A program made the position numbers and the translations under genes. The notes beneath the pieces were generated by a model. That model was not told the origin of the DNA and did no database searches. It saw only the letters and a list, made by a program, of their open reading frames with translations. Shown here piece after piece: positions 10,336-20,675 of a stretch of DNA of 64,000 nt. The stretch's first letter is position 1. Every line of letters starts with the position of its first letter. The stretch comes from a virus. Lineage: Duplodnaviria; Caudoviricetes. The stretch is taken from IMG/VR virus record IMGVR_UViG_3300010346_000241, positions 165,449 to 229,448 of that record, one strand, 5' to 3'.

Positions 10336-10779
10336 ATGTCTATCAAGAAAACTCATAGCTTCATCGATAAGAACGGTAAAGATTCATTTTTACGTTTTTG
10401 TGTGAAGCGAATGGGATACACACCAACACACAGTTTTGACACATATGAAGAGCAATATGACATCTGCATCACAATACTGGAACGATATCTCAAAGTTAAA
10501 TCTATTCCTCAACTCCAAACGGCCATCATTGATAAGCAAGTAAGTCTGTCATTCTTTAGGGATGATTTGTGGGGAATAGTGAGATTGTTCATGTTCATTA
10601 AGGGGTATAACATCGGACTCCATTGTGAGTTTGATAAGGACGTGTTCAGAGCACTACAAGACTTCAGAAAGATTCATTCTATCTACGTCAGACCTCTCAA
10701 TAGCGATATTGCTGTGTCACCAGTAGAGTTGCTAGCTATTATTGACGAGAAGAAAACTAGTGTTAAAGAGACCGAATAA
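10336..10779 (+). CDS. Hypothetical protein with a degenerate peptidoglycan-binding-like C-terminal domain
   Basis: LFMFIKGY...EFDKDVFRALQDFRKIHSI resembles PG_binding_1; promoter AACC-N6-TA at 10300-10311. Confidence 0.45.
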   Translation: MSIKKTHSFIDKNGKDSFLRFCVKRMGYTPTHSFDTYEEQYDICITILERYLKVKSIPQLQTAIIDKQVSLSFFRDDLWGIVRLFMFIKGYNIGLHCEFDKDVFRALQDFRKIHSIYVRPLNSDIAVSPVELLAIIDEKKTSVKETE

Positions 10780-10805
10780 CACTTTACTATAGACATAACA
10801 CTATA

Positions 10806-11017
10806 GTGAGCGGGATGTTGACGGATTCGTTCCGCTGCGGATTGTTTAACACTATGTATGTATTATTCTAGCTATCGGTTCAGTCATGTATTGCCTATTG
10901 AGCCCTCGGTTGTCGTTTGGCGTAGCGACATCCAATCTTCAAGTGGTGCTCGATTTGGCTCTACAGAACCAATTCTCACCCCCCTTAGAGGAGGCTTAAC
11001 GGCCTCCTCCCTCTTTT
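10806..11017 (+). ncRNA. Candidate structured ncRNA from a late-type promoter
   Basis: Promoters at 10778-10789 and 10797-10808; stems GTGAG/CTCAC, GGATGTTG/CGACATCC, GGTTCAGT/ATTGAGCC; terminator GAGGAGGC..GCCTCCTC + T run at 10988-11017. Confidence 0.5.
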
Positions 11018-11061
11018 GTCTCAAACTATCTTATAATACGTGCTTTAAAGGAGGCATAGAT

Positions 11062-11787
11062 ATGAATGAGACATTAGACCTCACATATGCGGGCAATGGA
11101 CAGCCATTCCCTGATGTAACAGCTTATCTTAATAACGGCAACCCTACGTTGTGTTCTCCTAGTTCACCATATGAACTCCCTATGATGCAGACTAAAGACT
11201 CAATGGTTGACGTTGACCTCTATAACAGATTCATACATAATGCTATCAATCTCTTTAGAGGACTTAAATTCTATAAGAACTATAAAGCATACTTGATGGA
11301 GATGGGTCTTGACCACTGTCAGGTACTGCATAATATCGATTCGAACATGGCTACGTTGGAGATGAACCACTGTATTCTCACAATCTTCGACATTACAGTT
11401 ATGATCACCGAACACTTTCTTAATACCTATGGTTACGTATCGGTACCTCATGTAGTAGCAGAGCTCAGATTCGCTCATACAAACAATCTGGTGCCAATAG
11501 TTATGATGAGTAAAACAGTGCATCAGCTCTATCATAACGCTGATAACTTTTATACTCACCCCAACCAGGTGTTTGGAAAGTGGACAGAGCTATTCAAGAG
11601 ATACTATAACGGCATAACTCCAGACATCTGTACTAAGGTGCTTTATTATATACGCACAGCTTACGAAGAGGGAGACTCAGTAGATGATGGCATCCTCGAA
11701 GTAGCTGAAGAAATAAAGAATTGGAGTGAAAAGACTTATGCCAGCTATATCTCTACACTTCCTGCTCAAAGTCCTTATTGTTTTTAG
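11062..11787 (+). CDS. Hypothetical protein with an HNH-like His pattern
   Basis: Start revised to ATG 11062 (SD AAAGGAGG, promoter AACT-N6-TA 11024-11035); HCQV..LEMNH..SKTVHQLYH. Confidence 0.6.
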   Translation: MNETLDLTYAGNGQPFPDVTAYLNNGNPTLCSPSSPYELPMMQTKDSMVDVDLYNRFIHNAINLFRGLKFYKNYKAYLMEMGLDHCQVLHNIDSNMATLEMNHCILTIFDITVMITEHFLNTYGYVSVPHVVAELRFAHTNNLVPIVMMSKTVHQLYHNADNFYTHPNQVFGKWTELFKRYYNGITPDICTKVLYYIRTAYEEGDSVDDGILEVAEEIKNWSEKTYASYISTLPAQSPYCF

Positions 11788-12190
11788 TATGATCTATCTC
11801 CTGTCACTCAGGAGTATAGCAATGAAAGCTTTAAGAGCATGGGCAGCGACTAAGGACAATCAGATAGCTCTTGAGAAATACAAACACGATACCACAATCG
11901 ACATCGATAACAAGATCGATGAGAAGCTCGATACTGTAGTGGAGCAGTGTTTTCAAGAGTTTTCTATACTCAACCTTGCATATAAGAGCGACTATTACAT
12001 TAAAGAAGAGGAAGAGATACAGATTAACAAGGATATCTGTACTCTCGTATCACAAAGACTTTCAGAAGCTCTCTATGAACAGTTATGTATCCTCTACAAT
12101 GAAGAGGCTATTACTGATATCATAGCTAAGAGAGTGTACTTCAGAGTGACCAACTTCGTTATGGAGCACAATGGTCAAACAGGTATATGA
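11738..12190 (+). CDS. Hypothetical membrane-anchored protein
   Basis: N-terminal hydrophobic helix FLLKVLIVFSMIYLL; SD GGAG before ATG 11738. Confidence 0.65.
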   Translation: MPAISLHFLLKVLIVFSMIYLLSLRSIAMKALRAWAATKDNQIALEKYKHDTTIDIDNKIDEKLDTVVEQCFQEFSILNLAYKSDYYIKEEEEIQINKDICTLVSQRLSEALYEQLCILYNEEAITDIIAKRVYFRVTNFVMEHNGQTGI

Positions 12191-12256
12191 GATAAAACAC
12201 AATCAAGTGAGGGATGCTTAGTGCATCCCTCCATTTGCGTCATTCCTGCTACCCTC

Positions 12257-12268
12257 AACATCTCAGTA
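12257..12268 (+). promoter_or_regulatory. Late-type promoter
   Basis: AACA TCTCAG TA. Confidence 0.7.
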
Positions 12269-12298
12269 AAATCAAACTAGAGAAAGGAGTGCACTGCT

Positions 12299-15200
12299 AT
12301 GGGCGGACATTACTCGTTTCAGTACGACATGAAGTTTACTGATAACCCCTATATAGACCTTGTTGTCAGAGATACCAAGAACATGGCTATCAACTCCGTA
12401 GTCAAGAATGAACGAGATGCTCTCAAACATGAGACACTTGAGTCTCGTAGAAACTCTGACGAGTTGATTCGTTACAAGGCTGGTCTTATCAAAGAGTCAG
12501 ACTATCTCGAAGAAGCTTATGATGAGCTGAATAACTACTATAGACAGCTTAATGGTCAACAGCCATATCCCGAAACTGCAGAAGTGAAAGAATGGATAGC
12601 TACTCATGACTACCATGGTGTTATCTCTGCAGATGAATATGATGCTCTCATGCAAGAGCTGAATGCTACTAAGTATGTACCTCTCCAAAGATATAAGGAA
12701 GAAGGCTACATAACTAAAGAAGCAAACCTTACTGTCTATAATAATGTGGGCATTGGATACTATAATCCTGATACTGGAGTGTATGATCCCGATGCAGTAA
12801 ACAAGTATCAGTACATACATGAGATCCAGAAGGATTACAATGCTGAAGGACCTGATGGTGAGTTAGCTAGGAAGATTCTTGACTGGTTAGACCCTGATCT
12901 GGACCCTGCAGACAATCAAGCCTGGGAGATCTATAGAGATGTCTCAGAGATTGGAGAAAGTTCTAGACGTAATATAAACATACTCGATATTATGAAGCAG
13001 GACTATACTGGTCCTGACTTTAAGTACCTCTATCATCTTAGAGAGAAAGCTATCGATCCTTATACAGCTCGTACAGCACCAGACTTCTCACTTCTGTATT
13101 GTCCTAAGCCTACACTTAAGTTCGGAGCTACCAATACAGAGTTCCCTATCTACTACAAGTTCCTCCGTTACTTTGATCGTAACAGAGAATACACAATCAC
13201 CACTATATATAGTGATGCTTATGCTGTCGGTAGTGAACACTATGAAGACGTTCTTATCATCTTTCTTCTCATTCAGACGATGATAGATCTTATTGCTGAA
13301 GTGCAAGAGTATATCATCAATAAGGATATCTTTGACTCACGTACCATTCGTTATCTCTTTGAGTCTTATGGTATCGAGTACTATAAAGAGATTCCTATGA
13401 ACTATCAGATCAAGCTCATCAAGAATATCAATGAGATTCTGAAGTATAAGAGTACTAACAGAAACATCATGGATATCAAGAACCTCTTTGGCAGAGATGA
13501 TATAGAGATCTACACATACTGGATTCTTAAGTTAAAAAAGAAGGACAGATCCAACTTTAAGTACTATACAGAAGAGGATGTAGGTACATCATTCATATAT
13601 CCTGGAAGTACACATCTTGTAACTGAAGATATGGTAGGTCTTGAGAAGTACTATGAGAACTACGACTTAGCATTCTTGAGAGTTCCTATAGAAGATCAGA
13701 ATGCTGATAAGTATATAGAGAACGCTTCTCTTCGTAGATCGTATGATACTATAACTAGAGAAGATCCATTCTGGGATGGTCTGTCTAGAGATGAGATTAT
13801 GTCTGAGACTGAGAGAGACAATTACCATCAGCGTAAGACCAATGAGATTCTTAATCAAGACTTCTCATGTGAGAGGACTAAGTATATCTGTGTAGACTCT
13901 GCTATAGACAGTACCAAGTATCTCTATCAGACTATGTACTTCATGAATATGATTTTCGACGCTATGAAGAACAGCGGCGAGATTCTTAGGGCTACTGACG
14001 CTCTTATGGTAAACATAGACACATTCATCTCTCCCAACCAAGTAAGATTGAATGACCTTCTAGCATTGATGATAGCTCTAAGCTATCTGTATAATGGCGT
14101 TGAAGCAGATAATGTAGCTAGCTCTATGGAAGCTAATATGACTGTCAACGGCTTCGACTTCTCTCAAGACTGGAGTCAGGTATATGATAGAATCATTGGC
14201 CTCTTCAATACCTATGCTAACTATGTACAGCCTGGTACTGGAGAGAAAGTATATCTCGATGATGTACTTGAGAATCCTGAACAGTTCTTTGAGTATATAG
14301 AAGAGGGAGTAAAGATTAGAGAGAATGCATTCCTCTGTGGTCGTTACGAACCCACCACTATAGATCCAGGAAGTAGAATCTTCCAAGACCTCAAGAATCA
14401 CAAGATAGATGACTTCTTTGAAGGCTTCTATGAGGTGTCTTATCTTGATGGAGGAGTCGTTAAGAAGAAAGCTTACTTCAAGATAAATGAAGACAGTGTA
14501 CAGAGTATTCATGAGAAGGCTCATCCTACTACTGTACATAATGCAGTAGTTGCTGGCAAGTATGATCCTGAGAATATCTTCCCTATAGAAGATACCAGAA
14601 GATTCGGTCATATTGTCGACATCTCTTATCATCCATATGAGTTCGTTAGAAACACTGAAGCGGACTTTATGAATGCTTATCATACCAACGACGAAGACCC
14701 CACAGCTATTCAGACTATACAAACATTCGAGAAGCTTAAGGAGATCTACTATACAAACGTAAAACTTCGTGAGCATCTTGTGTATATGATGAAACATGCT
14801 GAGTCTAAGAAAGAATATGATGTCTACAGAATACTCTATGAATCATTCATGGAGACTCAAAACGACTTCACTTTCTTCACTATAGATGAAGATGGTACTC
14901 CTCGTGTAGCTGAGACTTACTATGAGTTTCTCAGTGATCGTGATGAGCATCTTGCAGATATACTCAATACTGCTCGTAACTACAGTTCTATAGATGATAG
15001 ACGTACATACATCAACCAGGTGTGTGAGTATGTAGTTTACGCACTCGAGGCATACTTTGACTCTGGTGAGTGGGTGTATCTCTACAATCTCATTCCGTCT
15101 CATAACCAAGAGTATGTAAGAGACTGGATCGTTAAGATAATCAATTTCTTTAAGTCTTGGAAGACACAACTCATCGATACATCATCTGTATTCTCTATAG

Positions 15201-15583
15201 ATGATGATTCTGACACTACAGGTAATAGAGTTCATATACTCGACAACCTCAATAAGAATGGAGCTCACTTCTTCTTCGAGAAGTGCTCAGTATATGATAC
15301 TCCTGTATTGAAGTCCACCTTTGGCTTTAGAGATAAAGTTGATGTTACGGAGAGAGTTAAGTTCTTCCGTAAGTTCTCATACTATCAGACTACAGAACTT
15401 GACTTTATCTATTCTATCGAGAATGGTGAAGTTCGTCTTATCCGTTATATTTCTAAGTATAACAAGATCAGACTTCCTGAAGAGATAGAAGGATATCCAT
15501 GTACAATGATAGAAGCTACATGCTTCATGGAAGATGTAGTTGTAGAGTGTGAAATTCCAGACTGTTATCGTACAATCGTATAA
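12299..15583 (+). CDS. Putative baseplate wedge protein with a C-terminal BspA/LRR-type cap
   Basis: Wedge-like segment LFESYGI..LIKNINEILKYKST..IKNLFG; C-terminus GEVRLIRY..IRLPEEIEGYPCTMIEATCF is typical of BspA LRR caps. Confidence 0.5.
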   Translation: MGGHYSFQYDMKFTDNPYIDLVVRDTKNMAINSVVKNERDALKHETLESRRNSDELIRYKAGLIKESDYLEEAYDELNNYYRQLNGQQPYPETAEVKEWIATHDYHGVISADEYDALMQELNATKYVPLQRYKEEGYITKEANLTVYNNVGIGYYNPDTGVYDPDAVNKYQYIHEIQKDYNAEGPDGELARKILDWLDPDLDPADNQAWEIYRDVSEIGESSRRNINILDIMKQDYTGPDFKYLYHLREKAIDPYTARTAPDFSLLYCPKPTLKFGATNTEFPIYYKFLRYFDRNREYTITTIYSDAYAVGSEHYEDVLIIFLLIQTMIDLIAEVQEYIINKDIFDSRTIRYLFESYGIEYYKEIPMNYQIKLIKNINEILKYKSTNRNIMDIKNLFGRDDIEIYTYWILKLKKKDRSNFKYYTEEDVGTSFIYPGSTHLVTEDMVGLEKYYENYDLAFLRVPIEDQNADKYIENASLRRSYDTITREDPFWDGLSRDEIMSETERDNYHQRKTNEILNQDFSCERTKYICVDSAIDSTKYLYQTMYFMNMIFDAMKNSGEILRATDALMVNIDTFISPNQVRLNDLLALMIALSYLYNGVEADNVASSMEANMTVNGFDFSQDWSQVYDRIIGLFNTYANYVQPGTGEKVYLDDVLENPEQFFEYIEEGVKIRENAFLCGRYEPTTIDPGSRIFQDLKNHKIDDFFEGFYEVSYLDGGVVKKKAYFKINEDSVQSIHEKAHPTTVHNAVVAGKYDPENIFPIEDTRRFGHIVDISYHPYEFVRNTEADFMNAYHTNDEDPTAIQTIQTFEKLKEIYYTNVKLREHLVYMMKHAESKKEYDVYRILYESFMETQNDFTFFTIDEDGTPRVAETYYEFLSDRDEHLADILNTARNYSSIDDRRTYINQVCEYVVYALEAYFDSGEWVYLYNLIPSHNQEYVRDWIVKIINFFKSWKTQLIDTSSVFSIDDDSDTTGNRVHILDNLNKNGAHFFFEKCSVYDTPVLKSTFGFRDKVDVTERVKFFRKFSYYQTTELDFIYSIENGEVRLIRYISKYNKIRLPEEIEGYPCTMIEATCFMEDVVVECEIPDCYRTIV

Positions 15584-15595
15584 GGAGGTATACTA

Positions 15596-16642
15596 ATGAA
15601 TAAACAGATACATGCCTTTGATGCAGAACACAAGGCAACTGATGCTGCTGCAATCAAGGGTACAGACATTATACTTAAAGAAACAGGTACTGGTAAGGTT
15701 CTCTTCAGAGGATCTAATAAGGTACTCGTTTCTGGATCGGAGATTGCTGCTAAGAAAGCTATACTCTTTGATCCTTCATTCGACATCACATCATATGATG
15801 AACAGTTCCCTGGCATAAAGAGCTATGATGAAGCTTTCAGCACTTATCATACTCAGTTCGATCAGCCTAATGATAAGAGACTCATGGGTTCATCGGATAA
15901 TACTAACCCTCTTAATGTATTCAGTAATAGTGATTCTGGTGTAGCATATAGTACTGCATCGGCTGCGCTTAAGGCAGTGTATGAATACTTCACTAAGAGA
16001 ATCTGTCTCTTTGCCGTAGGCTTTGACGGATGTGGTATAGACAACTCTAGAGTATTCAGAGTGTCTAATACTAAGTGGATTGCTCCATACGGCTATACCA
16101 ATTACACTATCATCGATGATCCTGGAATGATCAATGATGAAGCTGTAGACAACTGTCTCGTACCATTCAAGGTTAAGGCAGTTAACAGTGATCTCGGAGC
16201 TACAGATAGAGGAATCTACTTCGGTCGTTGTACTACAGGTACATCACCTAACCAGATTATCTCTTACTTCTTCAAGACCTTCGATACTAATCCTATCATC
16301 CATTACAGATGGGCAGATGGTTCTGGTATCATTGACTCCGCTACAGATATCTTCAGAAGTGATAAAGTATCAGATGCTGATGTAGTAGTAGAGCTTCATA
16401 TGACTATCTCTGCATCAGACTGTAGAGAATACTTCAAGAATCTTGATGCTATGAGCTCTGCAAGAATCAACACCATCTCACTCTGTACAGCAGTACCATA
16501 TCTCGGTAAGGATGCTTCTGGAGATGTGGACTACAAGAAGTTCTATCAGGACATCAGACCATTCACTAAGTTCAACTTCCCTAATGAATCCCTCTCTGAT
16601 ACATCTAAGGGAATTGAAATCTCTTACTACCTGTACTTCTAA
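15596..16642 (+). CDS. Putative baseplate/tail structural protein
   Basis: NKVLVSG, FAVG.DG and C-terminal PFTKFNFPNE..IEISYYLYF patterns; same operon as the wedge gene. Confidence 0.45.
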   Translation: MNKQIHAFDAEHKATDAAAIKGTDIILKETGTGKVLFRGSNKVLVSGSEIAAKKAILFDPSFDITSYDEQFPGIKSYDEAFSTYHTQFDQPNDKRLMGSSDNTNPLNVFSNSDSGVAYSTASAALKAVYEYFTKRICLFAVGFDGCGIDNSRVFRVSNTKWIAPYGYTNYTIIDDPGMINDEAVDNCLVPFKVKAVNSDLGATDRGIYFGRCTTGTSPNQIISYFFKTFDTNPIIHYRWADGSGIIDSATDIFRSDKVSDADVVVELHMTISASDCREYFKNLDAMSSARINTISLCTAVPYLGKDASGDVDYKKFYQDIRPFTKFNFPNESLSDTSKGIEISYYLYF

Positions 16643-16652
16643 GAGTAAGAGG

Positions 16653-16682
16653 AATGTCGGTGGGAGAAATCCCACCGACATT
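16653..16682. terminator. Bidirectional hairpin between convergent genes
   Basis: AATGTCGGTGGGA-gaaa-TCCCACCGACATT. Confidence 0.7.
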
Positions 16683-16685
16683 ATC

Positions 16686-17900
16686 TTATGTTCCGAATGC
16701 TTCACCTGGGTCCATCTTGATATACTTATCTGTAGAGTCATGGAAAGCTTTCATTGATATCAGCTTTACACATGATGCAAGCTGAGGAGATGCTGTACCG
16801 ACATTCTTTACTCCCAGTAAGTAGAAGAGATCTCCAGCACACTTGTTACAGATCTTCTTACCCTTACACATAGAAGCGAATCTCATCTTTACAGTCTTTC
16901 CTCTGTACTTGTCCATGTTGGTACTATCGAGTCGAACCAGTTTGCTCCCCTCTACGATGTATGAGTACATCATCATTCTCATACGTGTATTATCAAGGGT
17001 TATCTGGATAGTTCTCGTGGTACCGCAATCTGAGCCCTTCTCGTCAAGTACGACGTGCTGGGTTGCACCCAATAAGAGCTTCTCAGAATATCCTCCTACC
17101 TCTGTATTCTTTGCACGAGCATAAGGACCTGCAGCAAGAGAGTTAGCCATAGCAGAGTAGTCCTCTTTACTTACACCTTCCATATAGTTAGAAGTGATAA
17201 GATTGTATCCCTTTATAGGATCTGGATCTTTCTGAGCTCCCTTGATGACATACATGTTCTTGAAGTTGTTTCCCCAGTCTGCTCCTGCACCAGAGTTGAT
17301 ACCATCCATACATGGATCTCCATCGAGCTTTTCTTTACAGTAGTCAAGAAGCTCCTTCTCGATCTTGTTCATAGTAAGAGCATCTCCAGCAGCAAGTTCT
17401 TTCTCATACTTCTTGAAGAGCTCCTTCTTCTTAGGCTCTATAGTCTTACCGATAGTAAGCATAGCCTCTGATGTAGTAGGACATATGACAGTACTGTATG
17501 GCATCATCTTCTGCATAGCATCGATCATTCTCTTATACTGAGGAACAGTGAGTCTCTCCTCCAGTATAGCATAAGAGAGTTTTGTGAGAAGGCCCTTGAT
17601 GACCTTCTTTGTTACAGGTACGTTGATATAACCAGACTCTTCGAATACTCCACTCCATGAGAGACATCCCTTATTGAAGAGCCAAGCCCCAAGAGTAGTA
17701 GTGAATTCGTTCTTGTTGTTATGGAAAGTTCCCTTCGGAACCTTAAACCAATCGTATGGGTGGAATCTTACCTTACCATTGAACTCCCCGAAGTACTCCA
17801 TTGCTACAGATAACTTCAGACAGTCATGATCACTCAGATTCAGTATCTCGTCGAGATCTTCTTTCTTAGTGATCTCTTTAGCGACACGTTTAACAGCCAT
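16686..17900 (-). CDS. Phage multisubunit RNA polymerase beta-prime C-terminal subunit (probably virion RNAP)
   Basis: Bridge-helix-like YARAKNTEVGGYSEK, DCGT, Zn site RFASMC..ICNKCAG, trigger-loop-like SMKAFH; start revised to ATG 17900 (SD AAGGAGG). Confidence 0.85.
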   Translation of the reverse strand: MAVKRVAKEITKKEDLDEILNLSDHDCLKLSVAMEYFGEFNGKVRFHPYDWFKVPKGTFHNNKNEFTTTLGAWLFNKGCLSWSGVFEESGYINVPVTKKVIKGLLTKLSYAILEERLTVPQYKRMIDAMQKMMPYSTVICPTTSEAMLTIGKTIEPKKKELFKKYEKELAAGDALTMNKIEKELLDYCKEKLDGDPCMDGINSGAGADWGNNFKNMYVIKGAQKDPDPIKGYNLITSNYMEGVSKEDYSAMANSLAAGPYARAKNTEVGGYSEKLLLGATQHVVLDEKGSDCGTTRTIQITLDNTRMRMMMYSYIVEGSKLVRLDSTNMDKYRGKTVKMRFASMCKGKKICNKCAGDLFYLLGVKNVGTASPQLASCVKLISMKAFHDSTDKYIKMDPGEAFGT

Positions 17901-17927
17901 GAATAGACCTCCTTGTTTCAAATTCAT

Positions 17928-17973
17928 TACTTAATTGTTCAACCAGTCAATAATGGTTAGACTTACATACTAT
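17928..17973. promoter_or_regulatory. Divergent promoter cluster: late (-) 17928-17939, late (+) 17941-17952, early (+) 17964-17973
   Basis: AACA ATTAAG TA on the minus strand; AACC AGTCAA TA and TACATACTAT on the plus strand. Confidence 0.6.
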
Positions 17974-17995
17974 AGAACCGTAAGGAGGTAGAATT

Positions 17996-18511
17996 ATGGC
18001 GACAGTCGAACTGATTTTGGAAGGCGAAGAAGAGACACCTAAGCAGCAGAAGCAAGGTTATGTTCTTCTGAGTTCTGTAGACCAAGCTACGAGAGATAAG
18101 ATGCTCTCTAACTATAAGCCACCTAATGTAAAGAAAGAAGATGATGAACCACCAGAGATAGTAAAGTCTAAGGTGATAGTCATCAACAGTATTAAAGTTG
18201 TTGCTGAACAAGATGCCGAAGGTAGCTTCACCTTCGAGATCAAAACAGAGTTCGGCAAGTTATCAGACGGCTCCTCAATCGAAGGCATCGATATCACTGC
18301 GAACGAGGATATCGAGTTCGATGAGAATATGACGCTAAAGAAGTTAAACACAATCGTTCGTAGATGCGGAATACTTGAGAAGTATGGTGAATACTTCGTT
18401 CCTGATCCAGAGATCGTAGTAAACTCATACGAGATTTCAGTAAAGAAGCAGTATAGATTCTTTGAAGAGTTCAATGACGGCATTCAGACCGTTAGTGAGA
18501 TCTTCGAGTAG
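17996..18511 (+). CDS. Hypothetical acidic protein
   Basis: 171 aa ORF with SD AAGGAGG. Confidence 0.8.
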   Translation: MATVELILEGEEETPKQQKQGYVLLSSVDQATRDKMLSNYKPPNVKKEDDEPPEIVKSKVIVINSIKVVAEQDAEGSFTFEIKTEFGKLSDGSSIEGIDITANEDIEFDENMTLKKLNTIVRRCGILEKYGEYFVPDPEIVVNSYEISVKKQYRFFEEFNDGIQTVSEIFE

Positions 18512-18549
18512 TAGGAAGTTATGGAACCCATAACGATTCTATAATATAA

Positions 18550-18619
18550 CACAAGGAGGAATCTAGCCATGTTAAGCGACTACCACAAGGAGGAATCTAG
18601 CCATGTTAAGCGACTACCA
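18550..18619 (+). repeat. Perfect 34-bp tandem duplication of the RBS and first codons of the RNAP gene
   Basis: CACAAGGAGGAATCTAGCCATGTTAAGCGACTAC at 18550-18583 and 18584-18617. Confidence 0.95.
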
Positions 18620-20156
18620 AAGATACGAAAAGAGGACAACTCTTTCCGTAACACCCGTATCATCAAACCCTAAAACCAGACAACAGTACAGATATGAGAC
18701 GTCCCTTGAGATTATAGACCTCGATAAGGAAAGAGAAGCTGACCTTATGAGAGGTAAAGGTATGATCATCGAGAAGCGTCAGGATATCAAGAAAGACCTT
18801 AAGTCAGACAAGAGTATCTTCTCTTCATTCTTCGGTCCCACACTGAATGATCAGGATGCATACTCAAACCGCTACAGATGTAAGTGTAACCACCTCAATG
18901 GCAGATTACACTATGGACAGATCTGTGAGTATTGTCATACTCCAGTAGACTACATGGGTGATGACTTTGAGAAGTTTGGATGGATCTGTATAGACGAGAA
19001 GTATTGTCTGATTCATCCCAATCTGTTCAAGTCTATCTCTGCATTTATTGGAGCCAAAGAGTTCGATACAATCATCGATAATGACGATAAGATAGACGTA
19101 GATGGTAAACCTATTGAGGTAAAGCCTAGTAAGAGTAGTCCATTCGTTGGAATTGGTATACTTGCATTCCGTGATCGTTTTGACGAGATCATGGAGTTCT
19201 ATAAGAACAAGCATGCCAAGAAACCAGAGAAGATGGAATACTATGATCACATCATGAAGTATAAGGATTTAGTGTTCACCCACTCTATTCCTGTATATAC
19301 TACACAGCTGAGACCGTTCAATCTTGACGACAGTCAGTTCAACTTCGACGGTAATAACTCACTGTACAATATTCTTGCAGCTCAGGCTACAAGAGTAAAT
19401 CGTAACCAGCTTGTCTCTAGACGTACTGGTAAACCTGCTAAACAGATTCTGTATAGAATGCAGTCTAAGTGGATGGACATCTATACTGATCTTGAGAAGC
19501 AGCTTTCGCATAAGAAGGGTCTTGTACGTTCTACTATAGGTGGCAGATATAACTTCTGTGCGAGATCAGTAATCGTTCCGAATAGTGATCTTGAGATAGA
19601 TCAGGTTATACTTCCATATGCAACTATGGTAGAGCTTTTTGAGTTCAGGATAGTCAATATCCTCTCAAAGACTATGCCTCGTCATATTGCATATCAGAAG
19701 TGGTTCATGGCAACTATCAATCCCTCTAAAGAGATCTATGATATTATGATGAATATAGTCAACTCCGAGTATGTCGGTGTACTTATCAATCGTAATCCAT
19801 CTATCTGGTCTCTGTCAGTTCTTCAGATGCAGGTTGTTGGTATTCACTTCGACTCTTATGCAATGTCACTGCCGCTTGAGATTCTCTCTGGACTCAATGC
19901 AGACTTCGATGGTGATACTCTGAACTGTATGTACATCATCAATCAGGAGTTCCTCAAGGCTTGTATGGAAGTATTCAATCCACGCTACGTTGGACAGATC
20001 TCCAGAAACACTGGTCTGTTTGAGACTAATGTATCGCTTCAGACTAACAATCTCATCTGTCTCAACAGCTTTGTTAATCTTTCTATGGATTCATATACAC
20101 AGGACGATCTTGACGACATTCAGTCTTGTCTTGATCTTGAGCCAAAGGTTGCATAA
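18603..20156 (+). CDS. Phage RNA polymerase beta-prime N-terminal/catalytic subunit (probably non-virion RNAP)
   Basis: Zn finger RYRCKC..ICEYC, GGRYNFCARSVI, NRNPS and catalytic NADFDGD. Confidence 0.92.
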   Translation: MLSDYQRYEKRTTLSVTPVSSNPKTRQQYRYETSLEIIDLDKEREADLMRGKGMIIEKRQDIKKDLKSDKSIFSSFFGPTLNDQDAYSNRYRCKCNHLNGRLHYGQICEYCHTPVDYMGDDFEKFGWICIDEKYCLIHPNLFKSISAFIGAKEFDTIIDNDDKIDVDGKPIEVKPSKSSPFVGIGILAFRDRFDEIMEFYKNKHAKKPEKMEYYDHIMKYKDLVFTHSIPVYTTQLRPFNLDDSQFNFDGNNSLYNILAAQATRVNRNQLVSRRTGKPAKQILYRMQSKWMDIYTDLEKQLSHKKGLVRSTIGGRYNFCARSVIVPNSDLEIDQVILPYATMVELFEFRIVNILSKTMPRHIAYQKWFMATINPSKEIYDIMMNIVNSEYVGVLINRNPSIWSLSVLQMQVVGIHFDSYAMSLPLEILSGLNADFDGDTLNCMYIINQEFLKACMEVFNPRYVGQISRNTGLFETNVSLQTNNLICLNSFVNLSMDSYTQDDLDDIQSCLDLEPKVA

Positions 20157-20169
20157 TACACTATCATCA

Positions 20170-20201
20170 GGAAGGGATGAGCGTCTCATCCCTTCTTTTT
20201 T
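20170..20201 (+). terminator. Rho-independent terminator
   Basis: GAAGGGATGAG-cgt-CTCATCCCTTC followed by a T run. Confidence 0.8.
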
Positions 20202-20303
20202 GTCAACATATGAGTAAAATAGCAGCGGTGCTATTATCAAAATTCTCCTTTTGATGAGTATAAATACATGCTCTAATCTATCAAGAAAGTGAGGTAATCG
20301 ACT

Positions 20304-20513
20304 ATGGCAACTCCTAAGAATAAGGCTGTTAAGGTTGTCAGAATTGCAGACACGCCTGAGATAGCTACCGAGAACATCAACGACGCAATCGTTGAGATCG
20401 AGAAGGAGCAGGGTTCAAATGTCGTTGTAGAAGCTCTCTGGGGTGATACAGTGATTCTTGCCTATGTTCCTAAGGACGGCAACGACGGTGATGGTTCTAA
20501 CGTTGATCCCTGA
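20304..20513 (+). CDS. Small hypothetical protein with late-type promoter and hairpin-rich leader
   Basis: 69 aa; SD GAGGT; promoter AACA TATGAG TA at 20205-20216. Confidence 0.7.
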   Translation: MATPKNKAVKVVRIADTPEIATENINDAIVEIEKEQGSNVVVEALWGDTVILAYVPKDGNDGDGSNVDP

Positions 20514-20675
20514 TAATCCGTAATCGCATACTCAGCACACAGATCCCCAGAGCAATTTTGCTCTGGGGGTTTCTACTGACAAAAAAAATAATGCCCGAGG
20601 AGAGAACCACTCTCCTCGGACTTGTCATGTGTTGTATTTTGAGAACCTATAGTTTATACGTTTGGGGTTTCTCTC

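Noticed and set aside
10858-11061. N-terminal extension of the 309-aa ORF in the ORF track
   Set aside because: No SD; it crosses a terminator; a separate promoter and SD point to ATG 11062.
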